This document shows positions 39,566 through 51,010 of a DNA stretch of 64,000 nucleotides, one piece after another. The first letter of the stretch is position 1, and every line of letters begins with the position of its first letter. The position numbers were made by a program, and so were the translations under genes. Source of the DNA: Oribacterium sp. (lineage in GTDB: Bacteria; Actinomycetota; Coriobacteriia; Coriobacteriales; Coriobacteriaceae); the NCBI GenBank assembly GCA_963633065.1, contig CAVGWH010000012.1, forward strand, positions 4,950 to 68,949, in the 5' to 3' direction. The notes below the pieces were generated by a model. That model made no database searches. It was given only the letters and a program-made list of their open reading frames with translations, and was not told the origin of the DNA.

Positions 39566-39761
39566 ATTGCCGTTCGCAAGGGCGCCTTTGCCGGTTTCGT
39601 GTCCGCGCAGGGCATCTATCTGCTTGTTTTTCAAATCGAAGTTGCGAGAACCTTTCAGGGCGTGTGCCGGGGCGACGCGGCAAGCCTGGAGGAAGGGGGC
39701 GCTTCGTTATAATCGTTTGGAAACATTTTCCAACGTATCGCTTTGCCTAAAGGAGTCGCCC

Positions 39762-41243
39762 ATGCGCCGAGGATTCGACAACGACCGCTATATCGAGCTT
39801 CAGGCAGCCCAGATCCGATCGCGCATAGACCAGTTGGGCGGCAAGCTCTATCTTGAGTTCGGTGGCAAACTGTTCGATGACTACCATGCGAGCCGCGTGC
39901 TTCCCGGATTCGAGCCCGACAGCAAATTCCGCATGTTGAAAAGCATCGCCGACGACGTCGAGGTGATCGTCGCCATCAACGCCAACCATATAGAGAAGAA
40001 CAAGGCGCGTGGCGACCTGGGCATCACGTATGACGAGGACGTGCTGCGTCTTGTCGATCTGTTTCGCGTGAACGGCATGCGCGTGGCGGCGGTGGCCATC
40101 ACCCAGTATGCCAACCAACCCGCCGCTGATGCGTTCAGACGCCGTCTCGATGCCCTGGACGTACCTGCGTGCCTGCACTATCCCATCGAGGGCTATCCGC
40201 ATGACGTCGACCTCATCGTCTCGGATGAGGGCTACGGCAAAAATGAGTTCGTTGAAACGACGCGTCCCCTGGTGGTGGTGACGGCACCCGGTCCCGGTTC
40301 GGGCAAGCTCGCCACCTGCCTCTCGCAGCTCTACCACGAGCATAAGCGCGGCGTTGCGGCCGGGTATGCCAAGTTCGAGACCTTCCCTGTATGGAACCTT
40401 CCGCTTGGGCATCCTGTCAACATCGCTTATGAGGCGGCGACGGCCGATCTCGATGATGCCAACATCATCGATTCGTTCCATCTTGAGGCGTACGGCAAGA
40501 CCACGGTCAACTACAACCGCGATGTCGAGGCGTTTCCCGTGGTGCATGCACTCATGCAGAAGATCTTGGGGGAGAGTCCCTATAAGAGTCCGACCGACAT
40601 GGGTGTCAACATGGTCGGGTTCGCCATCACCGATGATGCGGCTTGCGCCGAGGCCAGCCGGATGGAGATCGTGCGTCGCTATTTCGCCGCAGCGGAGGTC
40701 GTTAAGCGTACCGGTGCAGACGACATCCAGGTGCAGCGCTTGCGCTCTATTATGAAGAAGGCGGATATCGATGAGGACTACGGACGTGCTCGGGCGGCGG
40801 CGCTTGAGCGCGAGCAGGACACGGGCGCTCCTGCTGGTGCGATGGTGATACCGGATGGGGACGTGGTCACGGGAAAGACCTCGGGGCGTCTGGGTGCGGC
40901 GAGCTCGCTTATGATGAACGCGCTCAAGGCGGTGAGCGGTGTCGATATGGAGGCTGAGGTTATCAGCGATGAGGCTATCGAGGCCATCAGCCGACTTAAG
41001 GTGCACTATCTGGGGAGTCAGAATCCGCGCCTCCATACCGACGAGACGCTCATGGCGCTCTCGATCACCTCGGCGAAAAACGAGGAGGCTGCTCGCGTAC
41101 TCGCCGGTCTCGAAGAGCTTCGCGGATGCGATGCGTTTTTCAGCGTGATCATTTCGCAGACTGACGAGAACATGTATCGCAAGCTCGGTATCAACGTGTG
41201 CTGCGAGCCTAAGTTCGAACGCCATACGCTGTTCCACGGTTAA
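39762..41243 (+). CDS. DUF1846 family protein
   Basis: GKLYLEFGGKLFDDYHASRVLPGF, TAPGPGSGK, AKFETFP.WN, YKSPTDMGVN, NPRLHTDE; ATG 39762 after AAAGGAG. Confidence 0.9.
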   Translation: MRRGFDNDRYIELQAAQIRSRIDQLGGKLYLEFGGKLFDDYHASRVLPGFEPDSKFRMLKSIADDVEVIVAINANHIEKNKARGDLGITYDEDVLRLVDLFRVNGMRVAAVAITQYANQPAADAFRRRLDALDVPACLHYPIEGYPHDVDLIVSDEGYGKNEFVETTRPLVVVTAPGPGSGKLATCLSQLYHEHKRGVAAGYAKFETFPVWNLPLGHPVNIAYEAATADLDDANIIDSFHLEAYGKTTVNYNRDVEAFPVVHALMQKILGESPYKSPTDMGVNMVGFAITDDAACAEASRMEIVRRYFAAAEVVKRTGADDIQVQRLRSIMKKADIDEDYGRARAAALEREQDTGAPAGAMVIPDGDVVTGKTSGRLGAASSLMMNALKAVSGVDMEAEVISDEAIEAISRLKVHYLGSQNPRLHTDETLMALSITSAKNEEAARVLAGLEELRGCDAFFSVIISQTDENMYRKLGINVCCEPKFERHTLFHG

Positions 41244-41302
41244 CGTCTAGGTTTATCGGCGGCGTTGTCCAAGTCTCGTTCGGCTAATAATGCGTAAAGC
41301 AT

Positions 41303-41335
41303 ACGCTCGACCCTTTATGGGGTCGGGCGTTTTTT
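41303..41335 (+). terminator. Intrinsic terminator
   Basis: ACGCTCGACCC-TTTATG-GGGTCGGGCGT followed by TTTTT. Confidence 0.8.
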
Positions 41336-41437
41336 GTTGCGAATTGATAAATGCGAGCGCGCATGCTCATGCCGCGCGTTAGAATGAAGACCCGTGAAGG
41401 AAGTAACAGTAAACACTCTCACGGGAAGTGCAGGTAA

Positions 41438-43105
<1,668 letters not shown>

Positions 43106-43157
43106 TCCCATTTCTGCTCGTTCGCTACATAGCGCATCATATGCGCCCTCGGATGGC

Positions 43158-44120
43158 TTGACGCCGCCGGGGGCGTTTTCTGCTGTCGGGAGCGGGGACG
43201 CCTGCGCGGATGTGCCCGCTGCGCTCTTCCGCGCGCTTCGGGAATTCCTCGATTACCTTAATGTGGAACGCGGTCTTGCGCCCAATACACTTGCCGCCTA
43301 TCGTCGCGACCTCACGACGTACATCTCTTTTCTTGCCGAACGGGGGGTCGGGACTCCTCGTGAGGTGGGGCGCCAAGATGTTGAGGCTTTCGTAGCGAGT
43401 CGACGCGAGGGCGGTTATGCCGACACCTCGGTTGAACGCGCGCTCTCAGCCGTGAAGAGCTTCCATAAATTCATGGCGCGCGAGGGGATAACCGAAAGAA
43501 ATCCCACCTCGACCCTAAAGCTCCCAAAAAAGGCCCAGCGCCTGCCCGATTGCATTTCCATTGACGATGCGATGCGTCTGCTCGATCAGGACTTTCCTCA
43601 AAATGAGCGCGGCCTACGCGATCGCTGTGAGCTTGAGGTTCTCTATGGCTGCGGCTTGCGCGTGAGCGAGCTTTGCGGCCTCAACTTGCGTGATCTTTAT
43701 CTCGACGATGAGTTCTTACGCGTGTTCGGCAAGGGTTCCAAGGAGCGTTTGGTCCCCGTTACGGGAACGGCCCTCGCGGCGTTGCGTAGCTATCTTGAGG
43801 ACGCGCGCGCCAAGCTGGCGGCTCACGCGCGTGGCGCTTCCGACTCCGAGGCGGTCTTCCTTAACAAGAACGGCCGGCGTATCTCCCGCCAATCGGTTTG
43901 CACCACCTGCGAGCGCTATGGCAGCTATGTGGGTATCGAAGGTTTGCACCCACATACCCTTAGGCACTCCTTTGCGACCCATATGTTGAGTGGTGGGGCG
44001 GACTTGCGTGTGCTGCAAGAGATTCTTGGGCATGCCGACATCGCCACCACTCAGATCTACACGCATGTCGATCGGACCCAATTGCAAGAGGTCTATATCG
44101 CCGCGCATCCGCGCGCTTAG
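43158..44120 (+). CDS. xerD: Tyrosine recombinase XerD (start approximate)
   Basis: ERGLA.NTL.AY.RDL, LYGCGLRVSEL, GKGSKER, HPHTLRHSFATH, LGHADIATTQIYTH; next to pyrG. Confidence 0.85.
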   Translation: MTPPGAFSAVGSGDACADVPAALFRALREFLDYLNVERGLAPNTLAAYRRDLTTYISFLAERGVGTPREVGRQDVEAFVASRREGGYADTSVERALSAVKSFHKFMAREGITERNPTSTLKLPKKAQRLPDCISIDDAMRLLDQDFPQNERGLRDRCELEVLYGCGLRVSELCGLNLRDLYLDDEFLRVFGKGSKERLVPVTGTALAALRSYLEDARAKLAAHARGASDSEAVFLNKNGRRISRQSVCTTCERYGSYVGIEGLHPHTLRHSFATHMLSGGADLRVLQEILGHADIATTQIYTHVDRTQLQEVYIAAHPRA

Positions 44121-44344
44121 ATATCAAGCTCTTCAATATGGCTATTTACCTGGTATTTTGTTATCTGGTTTACAAGCCGTGTGTTTTAGTGGGTGCCTAT
44201 GCCTTGCATGGGCACCCTTGTTTTTGATGGCTTTATGAAACGTTCTCGTTGCAAAGATCCGTGGTCTCAAAAATTCGTTTAAAGCTCAACTTGAAGGTTC
44301 GGGTTTGGTGAACGGTGCCATGGATGGCATCGATTTTCAATTTT

Positions 44345-44364
44345 AAACACAATATATTGTGTTT
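44345..44364. promoter_or_regulatory. NrdR-box-like perfect palindrome
   Basis: AAACACAATATATTGTGTTT contains the NrdR consensus acaCwAtATaTwGtgt. Confidence 0.6.
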
Positions 44365-44365
44365 C

Positions 44366-44379
44366 CGAATAGATGTTCG
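44366..44379. promoter_or_regulatory. LexA/SOS (Cheo)-box-like site
   Basis: CGAATAGATGTTCG, one mismatch to CGAACRNRYGTTCG. Confidence 0.45.
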
Positions 44380-44398
44380 GAGTGTCACTTTCTTCAGC

Positions 44399-44474
44399 GT
44401 GGGTGTGAGTGTGGGTTGAGGTGGGGGAGAGAGTGGGAAAAAGTGTTGCGGAAAGGATGGTCAGCCCATATTAT
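44399..44474 (+). promoter_or_regulatory. mraZ/dcw promoter with MraZ-type GTGGG direct repeats
   Basis: GTGGG at 44399, 44411, 44421, 44433; TTGCGG(44446)-17 nt-TATTAT(44469). Confidence 0.7.
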
Positions 44475-44543
44475 TGAAGGCGTCGACAGCGGGGTGGTTC
44501 CCCGCAAACGTGCCATCTGAGTAACCGAGAGGAGGGCGCATAT

Positions 44544-44993
44544 ATGGGTTTGAAAGGTTCTTTCGAGAGAAATCTCGATGCCAAGGGCCGTCTTTCCCTG
44601 CCTGCGCTCTTTCGAGACCAACTTGGGGAGCACGTTTGCGTGTTCAAAGCCCTCGATGTCGATGCCCTGTACGTGTTTTCCGACGCTGCTTTCGATGAGT
44701 GGGTCAACAGCCTGTTCATGGATCGCGAGGGTCGCGACGGATACGATCCGCGCGATCCCCAGGACTCACGCCTCATGAGACTGATCAACAAGCGCGCGAT
44801 GCCTGTGGATGTCGACAGCGCAGGTCGTATCAGTCTTAACGAGGACTTGCGCCGCGCGGCTCATCTCGATCGCGAGGTCACGGTTTTCGGTAACCGCGAC
44901 CACCTTGAGATTTGGGATCGCGTTGAGTCCGATGCAGAGGATGAGGAATCCGATGAGGATCTGATGGCTCTGTTTTTCAGGAAGAAGCAGTAG
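44544..44993 (+). CDS. mraZ: Division/cell wall cluster transcriptional regulator MraZ
   Basis: LDAKGRLSLPA.FR, VDSAGRI, G.RDHLEIWD. Confidence 0.92.
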   Translation: MGLKGSFERNLDAKGRLSLPALFRDQLGEHVCVFKALDVDALYVFSDAAFDEWVNSLFMDREGRDGYDPRDPQDSRLMRLINKRAMPVDVDSAGRISLNEDLRRAAHLDREVTVFGNRDHLEIWDRVESDAEDEESDEDLMALFFRKKQ

Positions 44994-45002
44994 TGACGAA
45001 AC

Positions 45003-45974
45003 ATGGATGGGGAGGGAACGTTGACACGAGAATATCGGCATGAACCTGTCATGCTCCAGGAAGTACTTGAAACCCTTCGGCTCAAAAGCGGAAGCGTCGT
45101 GTGCGATTGCACGCTTGGCGGCGCCGGGCATTCCGTCAGGATGGCTGAGGTCATCGGCGAGGATGGTTTGCTTTTGGGTATCGATCAGGACGATATGGCA
45201 CTTGCCGCGGCGACGGAACGCCTTGAGCGCGAAGTTCCCGCGACGCCGCGTAAGTTGCTGAAAGGCAATTTCGGCGACCTGGACGAGCTGCTCTGCTCGG
45301 CCGAGGTACCTGGTGTGGACGCCTTCCTTCTTGATCTGGGGGTTTCGAGCGTACAGCTTGATTTTCCGGAAAGGGGCTTCACGTATAACGACGAGAACGC
45401 CCCGTTAGACGCGCGAATGGATGCACGAAATAACACTTTAACCGCAGCTGAGGTCATCAACACTTATAACGAAGCCGACCTCGCGCGCATCCTTCGTGTC
45501 TACGGTGAGGAGAAGTTCGCTTCGCAGATCGCACGCGAGATCGTGCGCCGTCGCGAAGTGGAGCCTCTTCGAACGGCCGGCGATTTCGTGGAGGCCATCA
45601 AAGCGGGTATTCCCGCAGCAGCGCGCCGCCATGGAGGCCATCCGGCTAAACGGAGTTTCCAAGCGATCCGCATCGAGGTCAATCACGAACTCGAGGTGCT
45701 GGAGCGTGCTCTTGAGGCTGCGACCCGTTGGCTCAATCCGAAAGGGCGCATCTGCGTCATTTCGTATCATTCGCTGGAAGACCGCATCGTCAAGAACCAT
45801 TTCAAGGAGATGGCACAGGGCTGCACGTGTCCGCCGGAGATTCCGGTATGCGTGTGCGGACATGTTCCGATACTCAAGGTCATCACCAAAAAACCGCTGG
45901 TTGCCAAAGCCGATGAGGTGGAGCGCAATCCGCGAGCGAGATCGGCCAAGATCCGCGTCGCCGAGCGTTTATAG
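45003..45974 (+). CDS. rsmH: 16S rRNA C1402 N4-methyltransferase
   Basis: H.PVML.E, DCTLGGAGHS, DLGVSS.QLD..ERGF, FQAIRIEVN, ISYHSLEDR, NPRARSAK; alternative TTG 45021. Confidence 0.95.
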   Translation: MDGEGTLTREYRHEPVMLQEVLETLRLKSGSVVCDCTLGGAGHSVRMAEVIGEDGLLLGIDQDDMALAAATERLEREVPATPRKLLKGNFGDLDELLCSAEVPGVDAFLLDLGVSSVQLDFPERGFTYNDENAPLDARMDARNNTLTAAEVINTYNEADLARILRVYGEEKFASQIAREIVRRREVEPLRTAGDFVEAIKAGIPAAARRHGGHPAKRSFQAIRIEVNHELEVLERALEAATRWLNPKGRICVISYHSLEDRIVKNHFKEMAQGCTCPPEIPVCVCGHVPILKVITKKPLVAKADEVERNPRARSAKIRVAERL

Positions 45975-46061
45975 CTCGCGCACGCTTTTTGGATCCATCC
46001 CGCGCACCAGAAACGTGGTTTAAACACACCACCAACGCACTCGGGATGGGAGGCGCATATC

Positions 46062-46595
46062 ATGGGTTACCATACTTCAAATGCAGCATATGCCTATGAT
46101 ATGCAGCCGGTTCCGGCATACGAGGAGCCCGGCTCCGGTTATGTCGTAAGCCCCGCGGTCCAGGAGCGCCCGCAGCTTAACGTGCTCACGGGCGCCGGAC
46201 GCGAGGCCAATCAGGCTGTGAGCCCGGTCTTCACTCATGTGGTTAAGACCTTCGCCCTATTGGTAACGGCATTTATCGTCATCGGCTTGGGGCGCGTCAC
46301 GCTCGCGAGCGCGACAGCTGCGGTGCTTGATGCCAATGCTGCCACCACCGCTTCTATCGAGAACGCCCAGACCGAGATCAAGGACCTTGAGGTCATGCGC
46401 TCGGTATACGGTTCCGAAACGCGTATTCGCGATCTTGCCGCGGGTTACGGCATGGTCGAGGCCGAGGGTTCCGTCACGCTTGATTTCTCCTCGGATGGCA
46501 GCGCTGACGACGCTTCGTCTTCCTCGACGGCCGAGACCGCTTCCGCGTCCTCGACTGCCTCCACGGATGCCGCGACCGCTTCCTCTAATTCATAA
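46062..46595 (+). CDS. ftsL: FtsL-like cell division protein
   Basis: Position between rsmH and ftsI; single TM, coiled coil, RI..LA..YGM. Confidence 0.7.
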   Translation: MGYHTSNAAYAYDMQPVPAYEEPGSGYVVSPAVQERPQLNVLTGAGREANQAVSPVFTHVVKTFALLVTAFIVIGLGRVTLASATAAVLDANAATTASIENAQTEIKDLEVMRSVYGSETRIRDLAAGYGMVEAEGSVTLDFSSDGSADDASSSSTAETASASSTASTDAATASSNS

Positions 46596-46610
46596 TATAT
46601 AGGAGCGACG

Positions 46611-48467
46611 ATGCCCCGAGATTATTCTCGCGATCGGGCGGGAAGAACGACCTCTTCACGTTCCGGATCCTCTTCTTATCAACGAAACGATGTGAACGAG
46701 CGCCCGCTTGACGGGCGCTCGCGTGCGTACGAGCGACTTCGTGATTCGGCGGGGACGCCCGTGCGGCGTCGCGGCTCTTTGGGATCGGGGAGAGGCGGCG
46801 GGTCCGTTTCGTATCCGGGCGATGAACCCATCTCCCGGCGCAAGCTCGTCACAGCGGCCATGGGGCTTGGCGTGGCAGTGGGCGTGGCGGCTTTGTTCGA
46901 CTACCAAGTGCTAGACGGGGAGAAGTACCGCGCCCGTGCCGATGCCCGTCGCGTCACATCGCAGACGCTCTATGCCAAGCGCGGGACTATGTATGATCGT
47001 AACGGGAACGTACTTGCATCGAGCGTTGAGTGCAAGAACGTCTACGTCAATCCCCAATTGGTCAAGAAGCCTAAACAGGTCATCGCAGCTCTGGTGGATG
47101 TGCTCGGGCTCGATAAAAAGACCGTGCGCTCTCTTGTCAAAAGCTCGCAGCCCTTTGTGTACATCAAACGCCAGGTAGATGCGGACGATGCGAAAAAACT
47201 TGAGAATATGCAGCTTGCGGGTATCGGCTTCGAAGAGGCCATGAAGCGCGTTTACCCGTACGGCAGTTTGGCGTCCCAGGTATTGGGCGTGGTGAACGTT
47301 GATAACGTGGGTACGACGGGTCTCGAGAAACAATATGAGAAGCAGCTCGCTGGAACGAACGGGTCCATTGTTCGCGAACGTGAGCGTGATGGTGCCTATA
47401 TAGCAGGGGGCGCCTACAAGAAGACGCCCGCCAAGGACGGCGCCGATATGGTACTGACCATCGATGTGAACATCCAGCGCGTCGCCGAGGAGGCCCTGGC
47501 TCAAAGCGTTCAGGACACTAACGCCGAATACGGCTCCGCGATCGTCACCGACCCCGCCACGGGTGAGATCCTTGCGGCCTGCTCGTACCCCACTTACGAT
47601 CCCACCGATCTCGCAAACGCCAAAACCGAGGACATGAATCTGCGTCTGGTTACGGATGCGTACGAGCCGGGTTCGGTCTTCAAGACCATGGTGTGCGCGG
47701 GCGGTGCCGAGATGGGCGCGATCAAATCCGATACGAGCTTTTCGGTGCCCGCCACCATTAAGGTGGGAGACAGCACGGTAAGCGACGACGACAACCGTAG
47801 CTACGGCATGACCATGGACGTTCGGGAGATCCTGCGTCGGTCCTCCAACGTCGGTATGGTTTGCGTGGGCGAGGCCATCGGCGAGGACAAGTTCAACAAG
47901 AACGTCATCAAGCGTTTCGATATCGGTCTCAGGACCGGGGTCGATTTTCCCGGCGAGAACTCGGGCATCGTCAAGAAGCGCAACGAATATGATGGCTCTA
48001 CGTTGGGGTCTATGTCGTTTGGCCAGGGACTTTCCGTATCGCCTGTACAGGTCGCGCGCGGCGTCGGGGCCATCGCCAACGGCGGCACGCTCAAGACCCC
48101 GCACTTTCTTAAGTCCTCTTCGGGCGAGGAGAAGGATTGGAGTAAAGAGGACCGGAGCGTTTTGAGCTCCGATACCTGTCAATTCATCACGTCATGCATG
48201 CAGACGGTGGTCGAAGAGGGTACGGGCACCCAGGCTCAGATCTACGGTTATGACGTAGCGGGTAAGACGGGCACGGGTGAGCAGGCGGACGACTCGGGTG
48301 GATACCGCAAGGACAGCTTTATGTCATCGTTTGTCGGTTTTGCACCAGCGGCGAATCCAAAAGCGCTCTGCTATGTGGCACTGGACCATACGCCGGTGCA
48401 TGGATCTCAGGCCGCCATCCCGTTCAAGACCATTATGACCGAGGCCCTTCAGGACTTGGGAGCTTAA
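46611..48467 (+). CDS. ftsI: Class B penicillin-binding protein (FtsI)
   Basis: RG..YDRNG, R.YP.G, YEPGSVFK (SxxK), SSN, GKTGT. Confidence 0.92.
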   Translation: MPRDYSRDRAGRTTSSRSGSSSYQRNDVNERPLDGRSRAYERLRDSAGTPVRRRGSLGSGRGGGSVSYPGDEPISRRKLVTAAMGLGVAVGVAALFDYQVLDGEKYRARADARRVTSQTLYAKRGTMYDRNGNVLASSVECKNVYVNPQLVKKPKQVIAALVDVLGLDKKTVRSLVKSSQPFVYIKRQVDADDAKKLENMQLAGIGFEEAMKRVYPYGSLASQVLGVVNVDNVGTTGLEKQYEKQLAGTNGSIVRERERDGAYIAGGAYKKTPAKDGADMVLTIDVNIQRVAEEALAQSVQDTNAEYGSAIVTDPATGEILAACSYPTYDPTDLANAKTEDMNLRLVTDAYEPGSVFKTMVCAGGAEMGAIKSDTSFSVPATIKVGDSTVSDDDNRSYGMTMDVREILRRSSNVGMVCVGEAIGEDKFNKNVIKRFDIGLRTGVDFPGENSGIVKKRNEYDGSTLGSMSFGQGLSVSPVQVARGVGAIANGGTLKTPHFLKSSSGEEKDWSKEDRSVLSSDTCQFITSCMQTVVEEGTGTQAQIYGYDVAGKTGTGEQADDSGGYRKDSFMSSFVGFAPAANPKALCYVALDHTPVHGSQAAIPFKTIMTEALQDLGA

Positions 48468-48548
48468 GGCTCGCGCGCGTCCCTAAATGTCCACAATGCT
48501 CAGGTACAATAGTCCGCTGACTGTTTCGGGCTCATAAAGGAGCGATAC

Positions 48549-49970
48549 ATGGTAGAGATTTCCGCCCAAGACCTGGCTGATAATTCCAGTGCCAGGCTAT
48601 GTGCGGGTGCCGCCGAGCGCGTGTGCCGCGGTTGCGTGATCGATTCGCGCCAAGTCGAAAAGGATTCCCTGTTCGTTGCTTTCCCTGGTGAGAAGGTGGA
48701 CGGTAACGATTTCGCCCAGCAGGCTCTTGAGAGTGGGGCGGGCGCCGTCGTCATGACGCGCGAGCCCTCCTCGGAGCTTAAGGAAGCTGCTGAGGCTACC
48801 GGCGCAGCGCTGCTCGTCGTTTCCGATCCCACCGAGTTCATGCTCGAGCTCGCCGCGTGGTACCGCGATCGCCTGAGTGCCACTGTCATCGGTGTCACCG
48901 GTTCCATCGGTAAGACCACTACTAAAGACACCCTTGCCGCGCTTCTCGCGTGCCGTTATCGCGTCTGGGTCACCAAAGGCAACTTCAATAACCTCATCGG
49001 TATGCCGATGACCATACTCTCGGCCCCTCAAGACACGGAGATGCTCATTTTGGAAATGGGCATGAACCATACGGGCGAGATCGACCGCCTCACGCGGTGC
49101 GCGCGCCCGGCGTACGCCATTGTCACCAAAGTGGGCACTTCGCATATCGGCATCTTGGGGAGCCGCGAGAACATCGCGCGCGCCAAGGCCGAGATCGTGT
49201 CCGGTATGGAACCTGCGCAATCGGGCGATTGTCTGCTGATTTTGGGTGGCGAGGACGACTTCACCCCGTTCATCCGCGATTCGTTCGCTACGCCTGCGGG
49301 AATCGCCACGATGCTCGTGGGCACGGGTGAGGGGGATGCCGTGCGCGGGCGCGATATTCATGTCTGTGAAGATGGTTGCCCTGCGTTCGATATCGATTTC
49401 GAGGACGGGTCGCTTTCCACGAAGCTTTCGATTTTCGGCGCTCAGTCCGTCCCCAATGCGCTTTATGCCGCCGCGCTCGCGCATCGTTTGGGCATTTCGT
49501 TCGATGAGATCGATGCCGCATTCCGCAACCTTGCCATTACGGGAAGGCGTCAGGATATCCGTCGCGCACGTTCGGGTGCACGTGTGATCGACGATACGTA
49601 CAACGCAAGCCCCGAATCCACGGCGGCCGCGCTTAACCTGCTGATGAGCCTCGAGTGCAAGGGCAACCGTATCGCGGTGCTCGGCGAGATCGGTGAGTTG
49701 GGTGACGAGGCGCGTCGCCTGCATGAGCTTACCGGTGCCTACGCTGCGGGCAAGCACCCCGATATCTTGGTGTGCGTGGGTGGCGCCATGGCCGAGGCTA
49801 TGGCGGACGCTGCGCGCATGATGGGCATGAGTGAGGACGACGTGTATGTGAGCGATACGTGGGAGACCGCCCTTGCGACCTTCGGCGATGTTATCGCTTC
49901 CGATGATTTGGTGCTCGCTAAGGGTTCGCGCTTCGTCGAACTTGATCGTTTCGTAGAGGGGATCTGCTAA
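48549..49970 (+). CDS. murF: UDP-MurNAc-tripeptide--D-Ala-D-Ala ligase
   Basis: IDSR, GVTGSIGKTTTKD, NFNN.IG.P, LEMGM, DDTYNASPES, LAKGSR. Confidence 0.93.
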   Translation: MVEISAQDLADNSSARLCAGAAERVCRGCVIDSRQVEKDSLFVAFPGEKVDGNDFAQQALESGAGAVVMTREPSSELKEAAEATGAALLVVSDPTEFMLELAAWYRDRLSATVIGVTGSIGKTTTKDTLAALLACRYRVWVTKGNFNNLIGMPMTILSAPQDTEMLILEMGMNHTGEIDRLTRCARPAYAIVTKVGTSHIGILGSRENIARAKAEIVSGMEPAQSGDCLLILGGEDDFTPFIRDSFATPAGIATMLVGTGEGDAVRGRDIHVCEDGCPAFDIDFEDGSLSTKLSIFGAQSVPNALYAAALAHRLGISFDEIDAAFRNLAITGRRQDIRRARSGARVIDDTYNASPESTAAALNLLMSLECKGNRIAVLGEIGELGDEARRLHELTGAYAAGKHPDILVCVGGAMAEAMADAARMMGMSEDDVYVSDTWETALATFGDVIASDDLVLAKGSRFVELDRFVEGIC

Positions 49971-51001
49971 TGCTGGGCAATCCGATGTACCCCACATACC
50001 AGGCATTTTTGGCTGCAGGTGTTTCAGCCATCATCGCTATGGTGCTCATGCCGCTTTGGATCCGTCTGCTCAAGGTCGAGGGAATCGGCCAGCAGGTGCG
50101 TGCCGACGGCCCCAAGCGCCACCTCGTGAAGCAGGGCACGCCGACCATGGGCGGCGTGGTGATCCTCGTGTCCCTGGTGATAACGTGCCTTATCATGGGT
50201 AGGCTCACCAACCGCCTCGTGGCCGTTCTTTTGGCTACGTTGGCGACAGGCCTGCTGGGTCTTATCGACGATGTGACGTCGGTCACGCATGGACGCTCGC
50301 TTGGCCTGACCCCTAAAGCCAAGATGGTGGGGCTCACGCTGATCTGCGTTACGTTCACGCTCTTTGCGGTCAATGCCTGCGGGGTTCCCGCTGAGGTGCG
50401 TTTCCCGGGTGGTTTCACCATCGACCTATCGGTGCTTTCCACTACGGTCGCGTTCGGCGGTGCGACCATCACGCTCCCGTGGATCTACCTCATCTTCACT
50501 TGGCTGCTCATCGCGGGCCTTTCCAATGCGGTTAACCTCACTGATGGTCTTGACGGCCTTGCCGGTGGTACGTCGATGTTCGCCATGCTCGCCATGGCGG
50601 CTATGTCGTTTATCTGCGGCGACCCCAACCTTTCGATCTTTTGTGCATCATGCGCGGGCGCTTGTGTCGGTTTCCTCTGGTTTAACTGCTATCCCGCGAG
50701 CATCTTCATGGGAGATACCGGTTCGTTGGCGCTCGGTGCCGCCCTTGCCTGCACGTCTATCATGATCAATACCGAGGTCGTCTCGCTTATCATCGGTGGG
50801 CTCTTCATCATCGAGACCCTCTCGGTGATGATCCAGGTCGCTTACTTCCGCCTTACGCGCAAGCGTGTGTTCCTTATGGCTCCGCTCCATCACCATTTCG
50901 AGAAGAAGGGATGGGCGGAGACAAAGGTGGTCATCCGTTTCTGGATCATCTCCGCGGCGTTCGGTGCTCTCGGTTTGGCGCTTTTTTTCCAGTTGGGATA
51001 G
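49970..51001 (+). CDS. mraY: Phospho-MurNAc-pentapeptide transferase
   Basis: KQGTPTMGG, NAVNLTDGLDGLA, FMGDTGS, MAPLHHHFE. Confidence 0.96.
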   Translation: MLGNPMYPTYQAFLAAGVSAIIAMVLMPLWIRLLKVEGIGQQVRADGPKRHLVKQGTPTMGGVVILVSLVITCLIMGRLTNRLVAVLLATLATGLLGLIDDVTSVTHGRSLGLTPKAKMVGLTLICVTFTLFAVNACGVPAEVRFPGGFTIDLSVLSTTVAFGGATITLPWIYLIFTWLLIAGLSNAVNLTDGLDGLAGGTSMFAMLAMAAMSFICGDPNLSIFCASCAGACVGFLWFNCYPASIFMGDTGSLALGAALACTSIMINTEVVSLIIGGLFIIETLSVMIQVAYFRLTRKRVFLMAPLHHHFEKKGWAETKVVIRFWIISAAFGALGLALFFQLG

Positions 51002-51010
51002 TGAATACAG

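Noticed and set aside
43158..44120. Tyrosine recombinase as a prophage or island integrase
   Set aside because: XerD-like sequence in housekeeping context; no tRNA, att site or cargo genes
46830..46900. Tat signal (SRRKLV) in FtsI
   Set aside because: Far from the N-terminus and better explained as positive-inside residues before the anchor helix
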